DNA of 64,000 nucleotides. Origin: Lepidodermella squamata. Its lineage: Eukaryota; Animalia; Gastrotricha. Positions 39,332 to 50,800 of the stretch are shown one piece after another (position 1 is the first letter of the stretch; every line of letters begins with the position of its first letter). The position numbers and the translations under genes are program-made. Below the pieces are notes generated by a model, which was not told the origin of the DNA, searched no databases, and was given only the letters and a program-made list of their open reading frames with translations. The stretch is taken from contig JBLDXI010000001.1 of the NCBI GenBank assembly GCA_047495785.1, positions 806,001 through 870,000 of the forward strand, in the 5' to 3' direction.

Positions 39332-39697
39332 CAGTGCGTCCAGCAGGAGTTTCGAACCTATGTTTTAATTTTAGGAACCTTTTGTAGGAAATGCCCCCAT
39401 TTTTTTAAATTGAACTAACCAAAAAAAACGTTCATCTTTAATGCGCGATTTAACCGAAGAAATAACAATTTTACCCGGAATACCCGATGGTAACTGGTTC
39501 GTTAAGGTTCTGTTTTCACCTGGTTGGATCAAATTTCTTCGGGGTTTTCAATCCTTAATCATTAACAAGTGACATTTCTTAATTACTATTTTTAAGAATT
39601 TCTCTAAACATTTTCTGGCCATGAGATTTTAGGTTTCTGAACCCTTTTTCCATGTATTTTATTTGCTTGCGGCTTGCGTTACTTAGGGGACACGCTG
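39332..39697. mobile_element. Tc1/mariner-type MITE, copy A
   Basis: TA|CAGTGCGTCC ... GGACACGCTG|TA. Shares internal blocks (cccgatggtaactggttcg, cctggttggatcaaatttcttcgg, ttttctggccatgagat) with 41721-42095. Confidence 0.75.
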
Positions 39698-40324
39698 TAC
39701 TTATCGGGAGTTGGGGCTTCAAATCAACAGGTTCCCTTCTTTTTGAATGAAGTTCTCGTGACATGCCATGTCCGAAAACCATTCATTGCGAACAAGTTAA
39801 ACTTTTACGGTTATCGCCCAATAATTTTTGCATCCTCCCCTCGCAGATTTTTGAAACAGATAGCCTATGCCGTTGACTGGCTAGAGACGTCTTCAAGACT
39901 TGAGTGCGTTTTGTGCTTTGTTCTACCGCGGAATATTTGCGTGATAATAAAAGCGCTGTTTTCGCTCTATTCTCTGCGAGCAGGATCGCGCTCTATTAAC
40001 ACGTCTATAGTCGCCGCAAATTACCAGAAATAAACATGCAGAACAAAAGCATAACTTGATAATAATTTTTTCATTTGGAAATGGCCTGATTTTCAAGTTG
40101 TTATAAGGCTAACCCCAAGAACGGAGAGGTTCAACCGATGCTCGTGCCACCCTACACAGTTGAAAATGAATATTCATTTTGCCCTCTAAACAGTTTTTCT
40201 ATACTTACAAGCGCATAAACCTATTCAGTATGCAGAACGGATTAAAAGAAAACTTACCAGCAATTAGGACTTATTTTTCGTTTTTTTTTGCAATTTAGTG
40301 TATTTTTTGACGATTTTTTTTGCT

Positions 40325-40750
40325 ATGGCTCTGTATTCGGCAGGAGATTCGAATGTTGACAAAATCAACTGTATGGCTGCCTTACTCATCATTTTCGGCA
40401 TCGCAATGCTTGGTGGCTTGATAGCTTTCACAATAATAATGGTTCAGGATTACGCCCGACCCAAGGCTATTCCCTACGTGGAAGTAACAACCACAGAAGC
40501 TCCAATGTTTAGGACGACAACAACAAAGGATCCTTTCCTAGAATACCACAAAGCTGCTGGAGTTGTCGGGATTTTGAACAAAAATGACGCTGATCAGTGG
40601 AAGCTGCAAGTTGGTAGCCGACCCGGCGAGGAGTTCGATATTGCTGATCCGCCGCCGCCTAGAAAAAATCAGACAATGAAGCATGCGCGAAAGCGACCAT
40701 TCCTCAGAAAAGCTCTTATTGAAACGACAGTTTCACCGACGAAATCATAG
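40325..40750 (+). CDS. Array paralogue 13 (N-terminally shortened)
   Basis: MALYSAGDSNVDKINC matches paralogue 6 minus MGQF; TM; W-module QWKLQVGSRPGEEFDI. Confidence 0.85.
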   Translation: MALYSAGDSNVDKINCMAALLIIFGIAMLGGLIAFTIIMVQDYARPKAIPYVEVTTTEAPMFRTTTTKDPFLEYHKAAGVVGILNKNDADQWKLQVGSRPGEEFDIADPPPPRKNQTMKHARKRPFLRKALIETTVSPTKS

Positions 40751-41145
40751 ATAATTTGTTTTGGATAATATAAAATTGGACTCTTCAATGAACTTATATC
40801 AGAAAATAAGCAATAAAGCTTTTTTCGAAATTTTTCTTAATTTTCGATTTTTTTCGGAATATTTTCCCCCCCGCTGTGGTTCTTGTGCGACCCGTGTTTT
40901 CTCGCAAAGCTCTACAAGAGATTGGGATGAAAACAACCCGCTTTAACGTACTCAATGCAAAATAAACAAGCGCGGCTGTAAAAACTTGCAAAATAATATG
41001 TTTCTGTTACAGTACCATCAACAAGCGCGCCGGTCATTTGCAGAATACGGGAGATTGTTTGAAGGTAAATAATAGCGACAGGAAATGCTTTAACCTATTT
41101 AATTGCGTGATATACTTTTCTATAGCTGAGATCACCCTCTTGAAA

Positions 41146-41610
41146 ATGGGAGTCTTCACAACTTCGAACAGCAGCACGAACTGCATTGGTTACTTAAGCA
41201 TCATCATCGGTACGATTGTATTAATAGGCATCGTCGTTCTGATTGTAGCGACAGTTATCACCACAATCGACCCTCCAGAAGCAACCACAGAGGCGCCAAC
41301 GACGAAAGCTCCGAAAAAGAGGAAAACGACAACGTTGGAACCGGATGTAACAACTGCTGTTAGCGACGCTTCAAATAACACAGCCGATTCCGACGCAGGT
41401 TCTTCATCTAATCGTACAGTTGTTAATGGGGCGAAGCGAGCAGTAGGGCCTGGCATTCGAATGGTACGTTTACCGCCGTTCCAGATGAAGCGAATCAACG
41501 GCGAATGGGTTCCTGTTTTCATCGGGGTTGTAGATGATGATGAAATCATCGAAGAGAATGCCAATTCTACTAATACCAATTCAACGATGCCTAAAATCAC
41601 TGAGAACTGA
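41146..41610 (+). CDS. MGxF-TM array paralogue 14
   Basis: MGVFTTSNSSTNCIG + TM; VRLPPFQMKRINGEWVPVF; probable 5'-UTR intron 41065-41125. Confidence 0.85.
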   Translation: MGVFTTSNSSTNCIGYLSIIIGTIVLIGIVVLIVATVITTIDPPEATTEAPTTKAPKKRKTTTLEPDVTTAVSDASNNTADSDAGSSSNRTVVNGAKRAVGPGIRMVRLPPFQMKRINGEWVPVFIGVVDDDEIIEENANSTNTNSTMPKITEN

Positions 41611-41720
41611 CACTCATTTTATATAAATATTCCCTCAAATTATATAGATAATAATTTTAATAAAACGACTATATATATTTAGAAGGAGTGCTTTGTGGAT
41701 TTTGAAGATTACGGAAAATA

Positions 41721-42095
41721 CAGCGCGTCCCACAAGTTGCGAAACTATTTTGTAATTTCGATAAATTTTTAAGGAAAATTAACCTAATTTTTTGAAATTA
41801 ATCCCACGGGGGAATCTTCCATCCATTATCCACTTCACCAAAGAAACAAAAAATCTTCCGAAGAAAACACGGAAAGACCCGATGGTAGCTGGTTCGCTTT
41901 TTACCTGGTTGGAACAAATTTCTTCGGATTTTTGAATCCCATTCACAAGAGACATACTTGGCTATTATTCTCATGGCATTTTAGATTTTTCTAAGATTTT
42001 TCTGGCCATGAGATATGACTTCCCCATCTCATTTTAGATTTTCTGATCCCTTTTTCGTAATTTCTATATGTTTGCGTTACTTATGGGACACGCTG
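41721..42095. mobile_element. Tc1/mariner-type MITE, copy B
   Basis: TA|CAGCGCGTCCCACAAGT ... ACTTATGGGACACGCTG|TA imperfect terminal inverted repeats; homologous to 39332-39697. Confidence 0.8.
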
Positions 42096-42372
42096 TATAT
42101 GTAGTTGAATTAACGCTTCAAATGACGAGTTTAGGTTGAGACCCGAATGTCGTAGTCCCAACATGAAATTCTATTGAAATTTCCGAAAAATGCTTTTAGC
42201 ACATAATAAATTTTCGTATTATGGTACCGCTAATTTCCCACAAAATAATTTCCCCTTCCGCTAAAATAACATGGAATTTAAAAAGCTGTTCGAGATCGCA
42301 CATATTCGACAGTAAAAAATGGGTCGCAATTTATGGTGGAAGAGCATTATTTTCCTGAAGACTTCGGTAGAA

Positions 42373-42750
42373 ATGGGCTCTTTTCCTACGGGTGACGTTA
42401 CCACCAATTTTTCGGCTTATTTAATGATCGTTTTAGGGGCGATTTTCATCGCTGGAATAGCTGTTTGTTGCGTTGCTCTCATCTGGCACTTCCCGCCCGG
42501 CTTTGTGGTACCAACTACCGCTCAGCCAACTGAGGAGCCGTGTACAACTACGGAACAGACTACAGTCACTTTATGGTGGCCATCGACAAAATTTTACAAG
42601 AAATATTTCGGCGGACATTTTCACGTTCCAGTGTATTACGACAGCCTCGAACCAAGGCCTAGAAACCGACATTCTCAAATGTTAGAATTAATTACAATGA
42701 GCCATGCGAGCAGGAATGGGAGACTTGATGTTTTAGTTTCAGATGAATGA
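42373..42750 (+). CDS. MGxF-TM array paralogue 15
   Basis: MGSFPTGDVTTNFSAY + TM ending VCCVALIWHFPPG. Confidence 0.85.
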   Translation: MGSFPTGDVTTNFSAYLMIVLGAIFIAGIAVCCVALIWHFPPGFVVPTTAQPTEEPCTTTEQTTVTLWWPSTKFYKKYFGGHFHVPVYYDSLEPRPRNRHSQMLELITMSHASRNGRLDVLVSDE

Positions 42751-42884
42751 GGGTTATTTAAATACCTTCAACACACCTTAAGATGAGGCAATAAAATAAC
42801 TTGTTGGACATGTTTATAGCGAGGTAATTTGTGTGAGCGAAATTGCTTTGTCGCAAAACTAGAACTTCTCGCCAATTGCAAGTT

Positions 42885-43418
42885 ATGGGGGTTTTTGCGA
42901 CTAGTGACGACAACACTAATATTGTCGGTTACGTTTTAATAGTTCTCGGAGTGATTTTTCTGATCGGAATCATCGTTTGTTGTGTCGCTCTTGGGCTACA
43001 TTTCCCGCCTGGGTATGATGCTACGACAACCGCAGCGCCATCAACCACGACTACAGAAATGGCAAGCACGACAACTATATCTTCAACTACTACAACAATA
43101 AATAGATTCTTCTTGTGGAGCAGCACAACAACGAAACGGTTTTTCCTGCCTCGAGTTTTCCGGCAACCATCAGCAGTTGTTTTTCACTTCAACGCCGATG
43201 ACACATTTGCCGTGATGAGCCAGCTTAACGATTCTGAAGAGCAGCAGCAGAAAGGCGTTCAAATCAAGAAAGTTGTAGAATTCATCCATCCGACTCGGGA
43301 AACTGACGCAGAGCGGCAGCTTCAAAAACAAAAGGAAGCGCAAATCAAACATGTCGTGGACGCGTTATATCCTGCTTTTGATAATAGCGATGAGTTGCCT
43401 CCACCGTTGTTAGAATAG
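42885..43418 (+). CDS. MGxF-TM array paralogue 16
   Basis: MGVFATSDDNTNIVGY + TM ending VCCVALGLHFPPG. Confidence 0.85.
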   Translation: MGVFATSDDNTNIVGYVLIVLGVIFLIGIIVCCVALGLHFPPGYDATTTAAPSTTTTEMASTTTISSTTTTINRFFLWSSTTTKRFFLPRVFRQPSAVVFHFNADDTFAVMSQLNDSEEQQQKGVQIKKVVEFIHPTRETDAERQLQKQKEAQIKHVVDALYPAFDNSDELPPPLLE

Positions 43419-43534
43419 CTGGCACTTTCAAAGAATAAAATGTGCGTTGATAGAGTAATTTTTCTCACGCTGATTACAGCCGAAAATTCAGTGAAATTTT
43501 TTCACACATGCGTTTATTTTCAATTTATGAAAAA

Positions 43535-43879
43535 ATGGGAAATTTTCCGACGAACGATGACTCGACCAATTTTTCAGGCTATGTTAATATAATTTTCGGC
43601 ATTTTAGCCATTTTCGGGATAGCTGGTGTCATCGTGGCGATGGCTATTCATTTTTCGCCCGACAGATTAGTCACCCAGCAGCCTATGGAAACAACAACTA
43701 CCGAGGATCCAATTAAAACCCTTCCGACTACAACGGTCTTCAGCTGGCCACCACCGGAGAAACCTGGCTCAGACATCCCTCCACCCTTTTTTCTTACCGT
43801 CGCAACCACCGCGCCGCAGCTAAATATTAACGAAATGCCGAGAAACCGGCGACGATGGCTATCTGTTATCCAATCTTGA
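43535..43879 (+). CDS. MGxF-TM array paralogue 17
   Basis: MGNFPTNDDSTNFSGY + TM ending AIHFSP. Confidence 0.85.
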   Translation: MGNFPTNDDSTNFSGYVNIIFGILAIFGIAGVIVAMAIHFSPDRLVTQQPMETTTTEDPIKTLPTTTVFSWPPPEKPGSDIPPPFFLTVATTAPQLNINEMPRNRRRWLSVIQS

Positions 43880-44194
43880 CGACAGCAACTCAAGATACAT
43901 ACTTTTATTTAAACGCTGCGGTCATCAAAATTAATTCAAAATGTTCTACGAAATTGATTCTTTTGTTTGCAATAATAAATTTTTATATATAAGTTAAGAG
44001 GATTAATTTTGCCTCATTTATGTCGCTCTCTTTTTTGTGAAAAAACCTTATGCATAGGTACTTATGACCCAATATATTTTACATTGTGATTTTTCAAGTG
44101 TTTGTCACGGGTTGAGATTTAAACAGCGTAAAGATGACAAATTTCAAGGCTAAACATTTCTACTATTTCGTTTCTTGAAAATTGAACCGATGTG

Positions 44195-44608
44195 ATGGGA
44201 GCTTTTCCGACATCGAATGACGCCGCAAATATTTCGGCATATATCGTCATCGTCATCGGCATTTTGTGTATAATTGGTATAATTGTTGTTTGTGTAGCGG
44301 TCGGCATTCACACGTCACCGCAGTATCTCAATAGTACATCTACAACAGAGGGAACAACTACGGCGGCGGCGACCACTTGGGCACCAGCACCGGCAGCAGC
44401 TACTACGACAGCAGGTCGGCGTGCGAAAAAAGTCGAAAAAATTCGCCAGCATCACTTTTTCAAAATCAGCGATAATGAATGGGCTGTGATTGCGATTTCT
44501 GAAGACACTACGCCGGGAGACAAATTATTCAGCGATCTCGAATCTTCAACTTCAACCAACGGAAACGTCATAGTGCCGGACGATGGCAGTTATGAATACT
44601 ACGAATAG
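44195..44608 (+). CDS. MGxF-TM array paralogue 18
   Basis: MGAFPTSNDAANISAY + TM ending GIHTSP; AATAAA after the stop. Confidence 0.85.
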   Translation: MGAFPTSNDAANISAYIVIVIGILCIIGIIVVCVAVGIHTSPQYLNSTSTTEGTTTAAATTWAPAPAAATTTAGRRAKKVEKIRQHHFFKISDNEWAVIAISEDTTPGDKLFSDLESSTSTNGNVIVPDDGSYEYYE

Positions 44609-45089
44609 CTTTTATATTATATAAATAAAAGTTTGAATTATTGAGTATAGCCAGGTTTATATTTTCCAAAAGTTTTAATTGAAATATGTATATTTTGTCT
44701 CGTTTTTATCGCCCGAATGCGAATTTTCCTATAGTGTTGTACTTATTGTTCGTCCTGGTGGCCGCAGCAAGTTTTCGGGCTTTTCTGTGTAACGACGATA
44801 AGCGCACTAAATAGAAATAGAAACCAAAAGGCAAGGGACGATTATTACGCTCACTAATTTATTGACATTTATAACCGGAATTTACAAGATTTTTATACAT
44901 TTTTTGTAAAGCTAACAATCCATAACAATACTCAATTCCTCTTTCAAGGACGACCGCCAAAATCATCATGCCAGTTTTGGCTTCGCAATGCTAAATCGAA
45001 TTAGTAGTTTCCACTGAAACGAAAGTTGGGTTATAACATAAATGGCATCGGATCCTGAACTTTAACCGATTGTCAGCAAAAAGTCAGTA

Positions 45090-45900
45090 TCCAAGCATTT
45101 ATTTACATGGGGGAAAAGTAGCAGAGAGCTGATATTTCAGATGTACAGTTTTAGGCAGAAAACATGAGCCAGGAGGATACCGTTTCTAGCTTACTCATTG
45201 GCTTCGATTGTCACAAGTTATAGCATTTTAGTAGCCATTGGAAAATAGGAGGGAAGCTGGTAGTCGGCGACTCGTCGGTGATGGTCCGATCCCATTCAGG
45301 AAAATTAATCGCAGGATAACTCTTGCTAGAGTTTTCAAGCGGTGCCAATTTGCCCTAGAATCGGACGAATCGCCGGCAAAAGGCCTCCCAAATTCGAAAG
45401 AAGTTCAAAAACATTGAATGACTCAGAGGTGCAAGAAGCAGAAACAGTAGCATTTAACGTTACTGTTTCTCCCAAGTTAAAAAAAAGCTCCACCAATCGA
45501 TGTGGTGAATAAAAACTTCAAAAATTTATTGGAAAGGCGGTTCCTTCAGTGATGATAAAGAACCATACATTGCCGAAATTTCGTGGTAAAAAATGCTTAG
45601 TTGAAGAATGCTTTACAATTTACGAAAAGCTTGCGAAGTCAGCGCTGCTAGCTTTTTCCATTTACTCCAGAGCTTGAGCGTTTATGTGCAGAGGAGCGGT
45701 GTTCCAATATATCGTCCAACTTTTTGCAAAGATCACCTCAACAAGGTCTCGATCGGGCATCGGGCAAGGAATTGCATAAATGTTGCCAGATGCCTGGAGG
45801 CTGCTGCGATATTGCGTTGCAATTTTCGAGACTTTGCATTTAATGTAAACTTGACTTTTCAGAAAGATATTTTTAGCCACTGACAGGCTTCTTGAAGCAA
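45090..45900 (+). pseudogene. Possible decayed Merlin/IS1595(ISXO2)-like transposase
   Basis: Interrupted frames give WKIGGKLVVGDSSVM (cf. IGG..VEIDES) and later GQGIA*MLPDAWR...H..VN (cf. PG..I.SD.W..Y...H..VNH). Multiple stops. Confidence 0.3.
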
Positions 45901-46164
45901 AAAGCAATAGTCATTCCGACAAAAAATAGAGGTATTTTCCAAGTGCTAACCAATGGTATGAAAAACGTGAAAATTCATGAAATCAAATACTCTGCAAGGG
46001 TATATAAAAAGGTATAATCATTGCCCATCTTTTCTGTCCCATACTGCAATAAAAAAAATGAAAAAAAAATCAGTTTTCTCAGTTAGGTATCATTCGAGTT
46101 CATTTTAACTGTGAGGAAGTGGCAGAAGTAAGCGTTTGCCAATGTTGACATGCATTTCCGCCAA

Positions 46165-46347
46165 TCATCCTGTCGCAATCTTTCTCTGACCTCCCTGTTG
46201 GCTTGAACCATGGCTTTGATGTTGGCTGTGAGTTCTTCCAATCGGTTGTTCGAGATATGTCTCGTGTGGTAACGGATAACTTCTTCGAGCCTGAGTCACT
46301 TGGCTTAGCAACAGACAAGCGATAAGTAGCCCAGTTTTCTTAACCAT
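46165..46347 (-). CDS. Putative small secreted His/Gln-rich peptide (60 aa)
   Basis: MVKKTGLLIACLLLSQVTQA signal-like start; CCTATATAAAG TATA-like box about 90 nt upstream (~46436-46446, minus strand). Confidence 0.4.
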   Translation of the reverse strand: MVKKTGLLIACLLLSQVTQARRSYPLPHETYLEQPIGRTHSQHQSHGSSQQGGQRKIATG

Positions 46348-46473
46348 TTTGAGACTTCGGTAGATCGATGAGGCAAACAAAACCATGAACCAGGATTGGT
46401 TGAAGAAAGTGTTATCTGAAGGATTCGCGGCTATCTTTATATAGGGCTTTCTTTGCGTGGATACCAGCCTCCC

Positions 46474-49400
46474 CCCTGTCGGAAAAATCTGGTCCACGGT
46501 GGGCCAAAATAAATTCACTCATATTTGGGTCCAGGTGGCCCCAAAATTCGTGGCCTCATGATGGACCTTCCATGGCCAACTTGGAATGGACCACGGTGGG
46601 CCATAATTACCAGGCAAAATGGCCATGCCATGGCCAACCAATTGGCCGTCAGTGGTCATGCATGGGGTGAGAATTCAGCTTAAACTTGGCCTTGTATTGG
46701 TCCTCCAGCTCTCTTTCCTGCCCTTTTACTCCGTTTCTGGTACAAGAATTCAACTTCAGATCTCGAATGCATTTTTATTGCTCAGAATCAGAAATTTGAA
46801 AATAATCATACATTATTGAAATATCATGAGATTAAAATAAATCATGAGAATAAACAAGAAAATATTCATCATTAGAAGAGAGCCACCACCAGAAGAAGTG
46901 ATCAGCATCGTCACTGCCACACGCCAATTCTCGCATCCAACCGCATACCAAGTAACGGACATCATCTGCATGAGAACAAAATTCAGTAAAATGCCAAAAA
47001 CATTCTGGGTCACCAAGGAGCGATGACATTTTCGAAAAAGATTTTTAATACAGAAATAAGAAACGATTTTTAATAAAATTTGAAAATAATATGCAGCAGG
47101 ATAAGTATTAACAAAATTAAATTTTAAAATTAAAACAATTATTAAAATTATTTTTGCAATAATTTTCTTCCGATTTTTCGAAATATAAAAAATGATTGAA
47201 AAATCAGAAAGTATTGTTTTTTCAAGTGAAAATTAATTTAACTTCTTTCAAATTTCGGGGGACTTTTCACTAACTTTACATCAGGCAAACCAGAATGAAA
47301 ATCGTGAGCTAGGTGGAAATCGAACCCACGAAACTCGCATTGTTGGCCGACAATCGTAAATCGGAAATCAGAGCCGATAGTTCGGTAAACACTTGATTGT
47401 CATGCATCTGCTTGTGGTAAAAATCGGTCGAATTTTACAGCAAATAAATTAGATAAATTATTTCACGGAACTAAACTTTGAATAAAATAATCGCGTGAAA
47501 ACCTCAATTTTTGAAAAAACAAACCGCTAATAGTCGAATAGGTAGGTTGAAAAGGGTACTAATAATTGTATGGTTCAAGGCCGGTCGGCATTCGATCACC
47601 TGGTTAAGGCCCTTGCCGGAAATCAGAGTTTTCCAGGTCCTACAAGAAAAGATTTCGGTTGAGAAATTAATGGAAAATTCTGAAAAACACTTTTAATTTG
47701 CACATTGTTGAAACAACTGTTGAGGCCCAGGAATCAGATCGGTATAGAACTGCATGATCGGCTTAACCTCATGCGAATTTCTAGGCGAATTTTAATCACC
47801 AAAATCTGGACTGAAACATTAAAGAAATCATTTTGAGATTGCTAAAAAAGTGAATTTTACCTGGGCGATACGAGCATTTCGTCGATGCTTCAGTTTCATC
47901 TAGGTAGATTGCGACAGGAAATCGAAAGATTGAATATCAATAAGTGCTAAAGGTAAATTGAAAACACGACTATTTTTTTATTAAGGATGAGTTAAACAAG
48001 TGAAAAGCAGGATGAAAAATTGACAAATGCCGACTGACCTCATTTTTGCGTTGTTCAACAATGCACTGTCTTGATCCTAATTACGCAACAGTGTTTTTTA
48101 CTCGCGCATTTCAATCAGTAATAGAGTTTTTATTTTTATTCATTTTTATTCAAGAGTTTGAAGTTTTTTGTCCAAATTGTTTGACGCGTGATTTAGTGCT
48201 CACTCGTACAGAAATATCACATTTTCACTCGTCATGAAATCGCCTCGTATCATGTTTTTCGCTATAATCTAAATTAAAGATATTTGCGATATTTGAGCTG
48301 CTTGGTCTAATATTGTCATGAATTCTACAGATTTAAGGCAAAATTCAAGAATTGGAATTTCGTTAGGAATATTCAAATTTTTCCTAGTCGAAATCCCATC
48401 CTTAAGTTTTATTCGAATTTTTGAATTTTTGAATTTTTCAAATTGTATTCCTCTCATTTTTAAATTTTTATTTTTAAAATTTAAAATTTATAATCTATAA
48501 CCGATCAAATCGCGATGACTAACTCTTGAAGCCTTGTTCTAGGTTCTAGAGTTAGCCAGGAATCCGCCTAGTCCCACTCCATTAAGACTGTGATTATTTT
48601 CCATTGACAATTTTTTGAGCAATAGCAACGCTCAAAATCAAAATGGTCGCGTTTTTTTATTCAGAATCTGCTCTAATAAAATTAAATTTCATAAATTTAT
48701 AAATTCAATAAAATTGAAATCAGAATCTCTAATAAATATTATTTCACAAACTAGATTTTGATCGCAATATTTGAGCCCTTAAGACTGATTTCCCGAAATT
48801 GGATTCCTAATTATTTTTCGTGAAAAAACCAGGGTTGAATTGTCCTTCCAAGTTCAGTTGGAAAAACGATGGGAAAATCCGGAAAAATAAGAAAAGTTAA
48901 TACCTATAGATAACCTTGAAAATTCATATTTCATTGATAAAAACTCTCCTGATGTTAAAAGTTTTGAAATTGCAAAATTCGGAACAGATATCTAAATTAC
49001 GATTAAATAATAAAATCAGGCCGATAATGATGCAATTTCACGATGAAGACTTTCAAAATTGCCGGCGAGAAGTTGCGAAAATTGAAGTTGCGAAGTTGAG
49101 GATCGAAATTGCCAGAGAAGCTGAAAACTGCCTTGTCCTGAAACACGGTATTTTCGGCGCAGACAGGTTTTGGCCATCCATGGTCCATTTTTAACTGATT
49201 TTCCGCAATTTCCGGAAATTCCACATGAATGATTTTTTGGCCATGGAATGACCAAGTTCCAAAAACCCGCGTTTCTTTCTTGGCCTTGCATGGACCAGCT
49301 GTTAAACTAATTATCCGGAAATTTGACGATGAATGACTCTTTGGCCGTGCAATGACCAACTTGCGACGGTGCAAATAAAACTCTCCAGAGCAGATCGGGT

Positions 49401-49607
49401 CTTGGTCATGCATGGACCAATTTTCTGACTAATTTTCCGAATAATTTCGCAAAAATCACTTTTTGGCCATGGAATGGCCAACTTTCAGATTCGCCGAGGC
49501 CAAACGGAAAAATTCACGAAATGCCAGGTCCAAAATGGGCCACCGTGGTCCACGGTCTTGTGAGAAAGGCCAAAAGGTCCACCACGGTCCAACTTTTTCC
49601 GACAGGG
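46474..49607. mobile_element. ~3.1-kb non-autonomous TIR DNA transposon (CMC/EnSpm-like)
   Basis: Termini CCCTGTCGGAAAAA ... TTTTTCCGACAGGG. Subterminal repeats of ggaccacggtgggcc/atggcca at both ends; CC(C) on both flanks as a 2-3-bp TSD; AT-rich interior without a recognisable transposase. Confidence 0.8.
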
Positions 49608-49934
49608 CCCCAGGTAATATTATCCCCCTCGCCTGGACGTCTGAGGTCACTCACTCAGTTAGTCTACTGCTTTGACGTTGGTCGAGAAAGGGCTTCCGCG
49701 AATCGCATTTAGTGACGCAGGAACGAACCCAAAAACGCGGCTAAATTATTCAAGAGAGATAGTACCTGATGAGTCATTTTATATTTTTAGCCGACATCGC
49801 AGAGGAGGAGACACTGTCGTAAAAGCTAACGATTTTGCGAAAACAATGCTACAATTAAAAAAAAATAGGTTTGAAGATCCAGGGTAAATGGCTGTCTCAT
49901 TTCAGATATTTGAACACTATAAAAGCCGGAATAT

Positions 49935-50245
49935 CTTTTAGCGGAACTAAATTTACGGTGAGCGGAACCAAATTTGCTTTTTGCGGAACCAAAATGCCAC
50001 GAGTCATTTTTTGAATATTTATACGAATTTTAGGCTAAGCATGAATTTTGAATTGAACTTACCGTCTGATAGAGAATGTTGCGCTGAATTCACTGGTGAA
50101 TTTTCTAGAATTATTGTGGCCAATCTTGACCTGTAATTAACATTAAACATCCGAAGAGCGATTTCGGGCTACTAGAAAAGTCCAAAGTTTGGTTCCGTTA
50201 CAGCATATTTGGTTCCGATACAGCAAATTTGGTTCCGCTAAAAGG
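49935..50245. mobile_element. MITE-like element with triple inverted subterminal repeats
   Basis: Three gcggaac(c/t)aaa copies on the left mirrored by three tttggttccg copies on the right. Exact termini unclear. Confidence 0.65.
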
Positions 50246-50488
50246 AGGACCCTATATAAAATCACTCATTCATGATCCCTTGATTTATGTTTTCCGTCAT
50301 AGCCACCCTCCACACCAGGCGATTTAGTCTGGCTTAATGAAAGTTCGCTTTATGTAAAGCATTTCTCCAAACAATTTTAAAGAATATCCGAAATTTTGAC
50401 AATACCTACTTCAAACATAAGGCCCAAGTCTTTAAATATTGAAAAATTAAAATTAAAATTAAAATTGAATTAATTAATTAATTAATTA

Positions 50489-50800
50489 GGGAGGCACGGT
50501 GGCTCAGTTGGGTCGTTGAGCTGCTGTGTATCTGAGGGGATATCGCTCGGGACTGGGTTCAAGTCCTAGTGACGGAACCAGGATCGAGCCCCCCTTGGCC
50601 CCGCGGTGGTTTTACCAATCCATCGCTTTACAAAATAGAAAATTGGGAGGCTGGGAGTGTCAGCTAGACTGCGCCAGTCAAATCCCGTCATACGGAAATC
50701 TCACTCACTTACGATAAGACCTAGGGCTAGAGTAAGTGGCATGCCCTTCTAGTCTTCCAAGCTCGCTTTGAAACAGAAATTAATATTATCATTATTATAT
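50489..50800 (+). mobile_element. tRNA-derived SINE
   Basis: Pol III A box TGGCTCAGTTGG (50500-50511) and B box GGTTCAAGTCC (50556-50566), followed by a ~200-nt body and an (att)n-like tail, inserted into a (taat)n tract. Confidence 0.7.

Noticed and set aside
24877-44608. Array N-termini as type IV prepilin (G|F) or reovirus FAST-like fusogens
   Set aside because: A residue separates G and F and there is no Glu+5. There is no consistent polybasic stretch right after the TM, and the glycosylation-type tails suggest the opposite topology to FAST proteins. The resemblance is superficial.
47305-47350. tRNA-like B box on the minus strand (GGTTCGATTTCC)
   Set aside because: Only a 3' fragment with no clear A box or stems; lies inside the TIR element.
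50489-50575. Functional tRNA gene
   Set aside because: A and B boxes are present, but I could not fold a convincing cloverleaf, and it continues into a SINE-like body without an immediate poly-T terminator.
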